Part shown: piece after piece, positions 62,014 to 64,000 of the stretch | Position numbering within the stretch: the first letter of the stretch is position 1 | Layout: each line of letters starts with the position of its first letter | DNA from: Psammoneis japonica | Lineage: Eukaryota | NCBI GenBank assembly: GCA_008632985.1 | Contig: QPGO01000027.1 | Coordinates: 310,001 to 374,000 of the forward strand | DNA: 64,000 bases | Direction of reading: 5' to 3' | Notes under the pieces: model-generated | What the model saw: the letters and a program-made list of their open reading frames with translations, nothing else | Told to the model about the DNA's origin: nothing | Databases searched by the model: none | Position numbers and translations under genes: made by a program

Positions 62014-64000
62014 CTAGCGGGTGTTACAAGCCATGCTATAACTGCAAGTGGCCTCGCAGTCTGCAGAGCAGCAAAATGAAAAACCATCAGCTTCGCAATC
62101 ATCGCCACATTTCACGTTGATGCAGTGTGGGCCTTCAATCGCAACCCTCTCGTAAACGCTGCACAGCACATGCTGGCGGCACCGGTCCCAGATCTCGTTC
62201 TCGACGGACGTTTCGGCCTCAGCGTCATATCCAGTGCGACACAAATATGATTCACTGCATTGGGGGCACACATCCGTGTCTGGAACAGCTACCCAGCCTG
62301 TCATTATTACTTCATGTCTCCAGTCACTACCACAATCACTTGTGGGACTTGGTGTGCTTATCTCACGGTCGCATAATTCACCTTCATAGCCATCAAAGCA
62401 GTCGCAGTCGAAACTTCCCCCTTGGTTGACCCACCATCCCCAATAAGTGTCGCCGTGACGAGTGCAGTCTCCATTGATACAGGACTCGCAAGGATCAGAA
62501 ACGCATTGGACATCGTCAACGTCGTCTTCCTCAGGAAGGCAAAGCTCACCAGACCCGCATGGATTGGGGCTGCACCGCTCGTATATGCTCCGACATTCAC
62601 AATTCACGCAAGCATAACCTTCAGAGCAATCACTGTGGCCATCGGGACACTCACATTTCGGCACACACTGGTTGGTGTTGTAATTGCACTCTTCGTCATC
62701 ACCTCCGCAAGGATGGCCATAACAGCATTCATATTTGCAGACACACTTATTTTCAATGCACTCTTCGCCTTCGTCGGTGTCGCAAGTCGAGTCACCGCAG
62801 CAATTAGGATATTCGACTAGTTCCTCTCTGCAGACACAACGTCCTCCCTCGCACACCTCGTAATGTTCGCAAGAAACAGCACAACCAACACACTCATGAT
62901 TCTGGCACTCCATCGCACCATCGCAGTCATCATTCCCGCAGCAATCATAACGACACACACACTGATGGCCGCTATCGCTACATCTCTCATCCGCGCCACA
63001 GTCACTGTTGCTGCAGCAATCATGACGACAAACACACAGATGGCGGCTGTTGCTGCATCTCTCGTCGTCATTGGGACAATCGCTTTCGCTACAGCATTCA
63101 TGACGGCAGACGCACGCGTTGCTACTGTCGCATCTATGGTCCTCATCACAGTCACCGTCACTGCAGCACTCGTGGCGACAGGAACAGGTGTTACTCAAGC
63201 ATGTCTCATCACTTCCGCAATCACTGTCGCTGCAACATTCGTGGCGACATTTACATTCATTGTCTTTGCACTCCTCGTCAACTGCGGGGCAGTCGCCATC
63301 GCTACAACATTCGTGGCGGCAGGCGCAAACGTTGTTTGAGCATGTCTCGTCGCTCTGGCAGTCGGCATTGCTGCAACACTCGTGGCGACAGGTGCAACTA
63401 TTGCTTGAGCACATTTCATCGCTTCTGCAGTCATCATTGCTGCAGCACTCAAAGCCACAAATACAGCCGCCCGGGTCTTGACATTCATAGTCTGGAGGGC
63501 AATCATTGTCAGTTACACAGACCGGTGTGCATTGACAATCGACGCAAATGTCACTTCCAGAGCAATCGCTACTGCCGTTGGGGCATTCGCATGCTTTCAA
63601 GCACTCATTGACGTCCGAGCAATACTCGTCACTACCACAATCGCCATCAGTACAGCATTCATGACGACAGACGCATTTGTTCGTGGAGCACATCTCGTTA
63701 CTTTCACAATCACCGTCGCTGCAACATTCATGGGGGCAAATATCGGTTTCCTTTACTATTTCATCACCGACGGCCTTGAAACTGTGCTGCGCCTCACTCC
63801 CAAAGTCACCAGATTCGTCAACAAGCAGTTTCCTATCATCCGAAATGTCGGGGCTATCGTAGATTTTATACCACCCGTCAACGATCCCATTTTGGCCCGT
63901 GTCGAATATTTTGAAAACACATTCAGTTCCTTTCACTGCTTTGACTTGCGTGGTGATCTGGCTGCGGGCTTGTCCAGCGTATGTGCCGGGAGGAAACTCA
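62014..64000 (-). CDS. Cys-rich tandem-repeat extracellular protein with EGF-like module (5' end beyond window)
   Basis: More than 10 repeats of ~24 aa (CRHECCSDxDCxxxExCxxNxCx); EGF-like CDCFDGYEGELC. Confidence 0.85.
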   Translation of the reverse strand, partial: EFPPGTYAGQARSQITTQVKAVKGTECVFKIFDTGQNGIVDGWYKIYDSPDISDDRKLLVDESGDFGSEAQHSFKAVGDEIVKETDICPHECCSDGDCESNEMCSTNKCVCRHECCTDGDCGSDEYCSDVNECLKACECPNGSSDCSGSDICVDCQCTPVCVTDNDCPPDYECQDPGGCICGFECCSNDDCRSDEMCSSNSCTCRHECCSNADCQSDETCSNNVCACRHECCSDGDCPAVDEECKDNECKCRHECCSDSDCGSDETCLSNTCSCRHECCSDGDCDEDHRCDSSNACVCRHECCSESDCPNDDERCSNSRHLCVCRHDCCSNSDCGADERCSDSGHQCVCRYDCCGNDDCDGAMECQNHECVGCAVSCEHYEVCEGGRCVCREELVEYPNCCGDSTCDTDEGEECIENKCVCKYECCYGHPCGGDDEECNYNTNQCVPKCECPDGHSDCSEGYACVNCECRSIYERCSPNPCGSGELCLPEEDDVDDVQCVSDPCESCINGDCTRHGDTYWGWWVNQGGSFDCDCFDGYEGELCDREISTPSPTSDCGSDWRHEVIMTGWVAVPDTDVCPQCSESYLCRTGYDAEAETSVENEIWDRCRQHVLCSVYERVAIEGPHCINVKCGDDCEADGFSFCCSADCEATCSYSMACNTR

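Overview
Eukaryotic nuclear DNA, most likely a diatom (short GT-AG introns, an ISIP2a/FEA1-type phytotransferrin, RxL-motif secreted proteins). Gene blocks alternate with transposon blocks. Genes: trpC-trpF fusion, CBS protein, CHRD protein, a large secreted mosaic protein, leishmanolysin-like M8 protease, two duplicated membrane-anchored kinases, GH3 glucosidase, ankyrin-like, SPFH/band-7, UTP13, ARM, a GPI-like protein, ISIP2a-like and a Cys-rich repeat protein. Transposons: a LINE relic, four kinds of TIR MITE, a foldback cluster and a Ty3/Gypsy element nested in another. The main signal is that repeat DNA has lost almost all TpA dinucleotides, converted to TpG or CpA (A:T to G:C on both strands), the opposite direction to fungal RIP. 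About 760 codons of Gypsy pol contain no Tyr (YLDD is CLDD), LTR pairs differ almost only at such sites, and mutated and unmutated tracts have sharp borders. This suggests a repeat-targeted DNA hypermutation or modification system that I do not recognise as described. A base-calling artefact at modified bases still has to be excluded. Many genes carry isolated frameshifts, probably assembly indels. All alignments and counts were done by eye.
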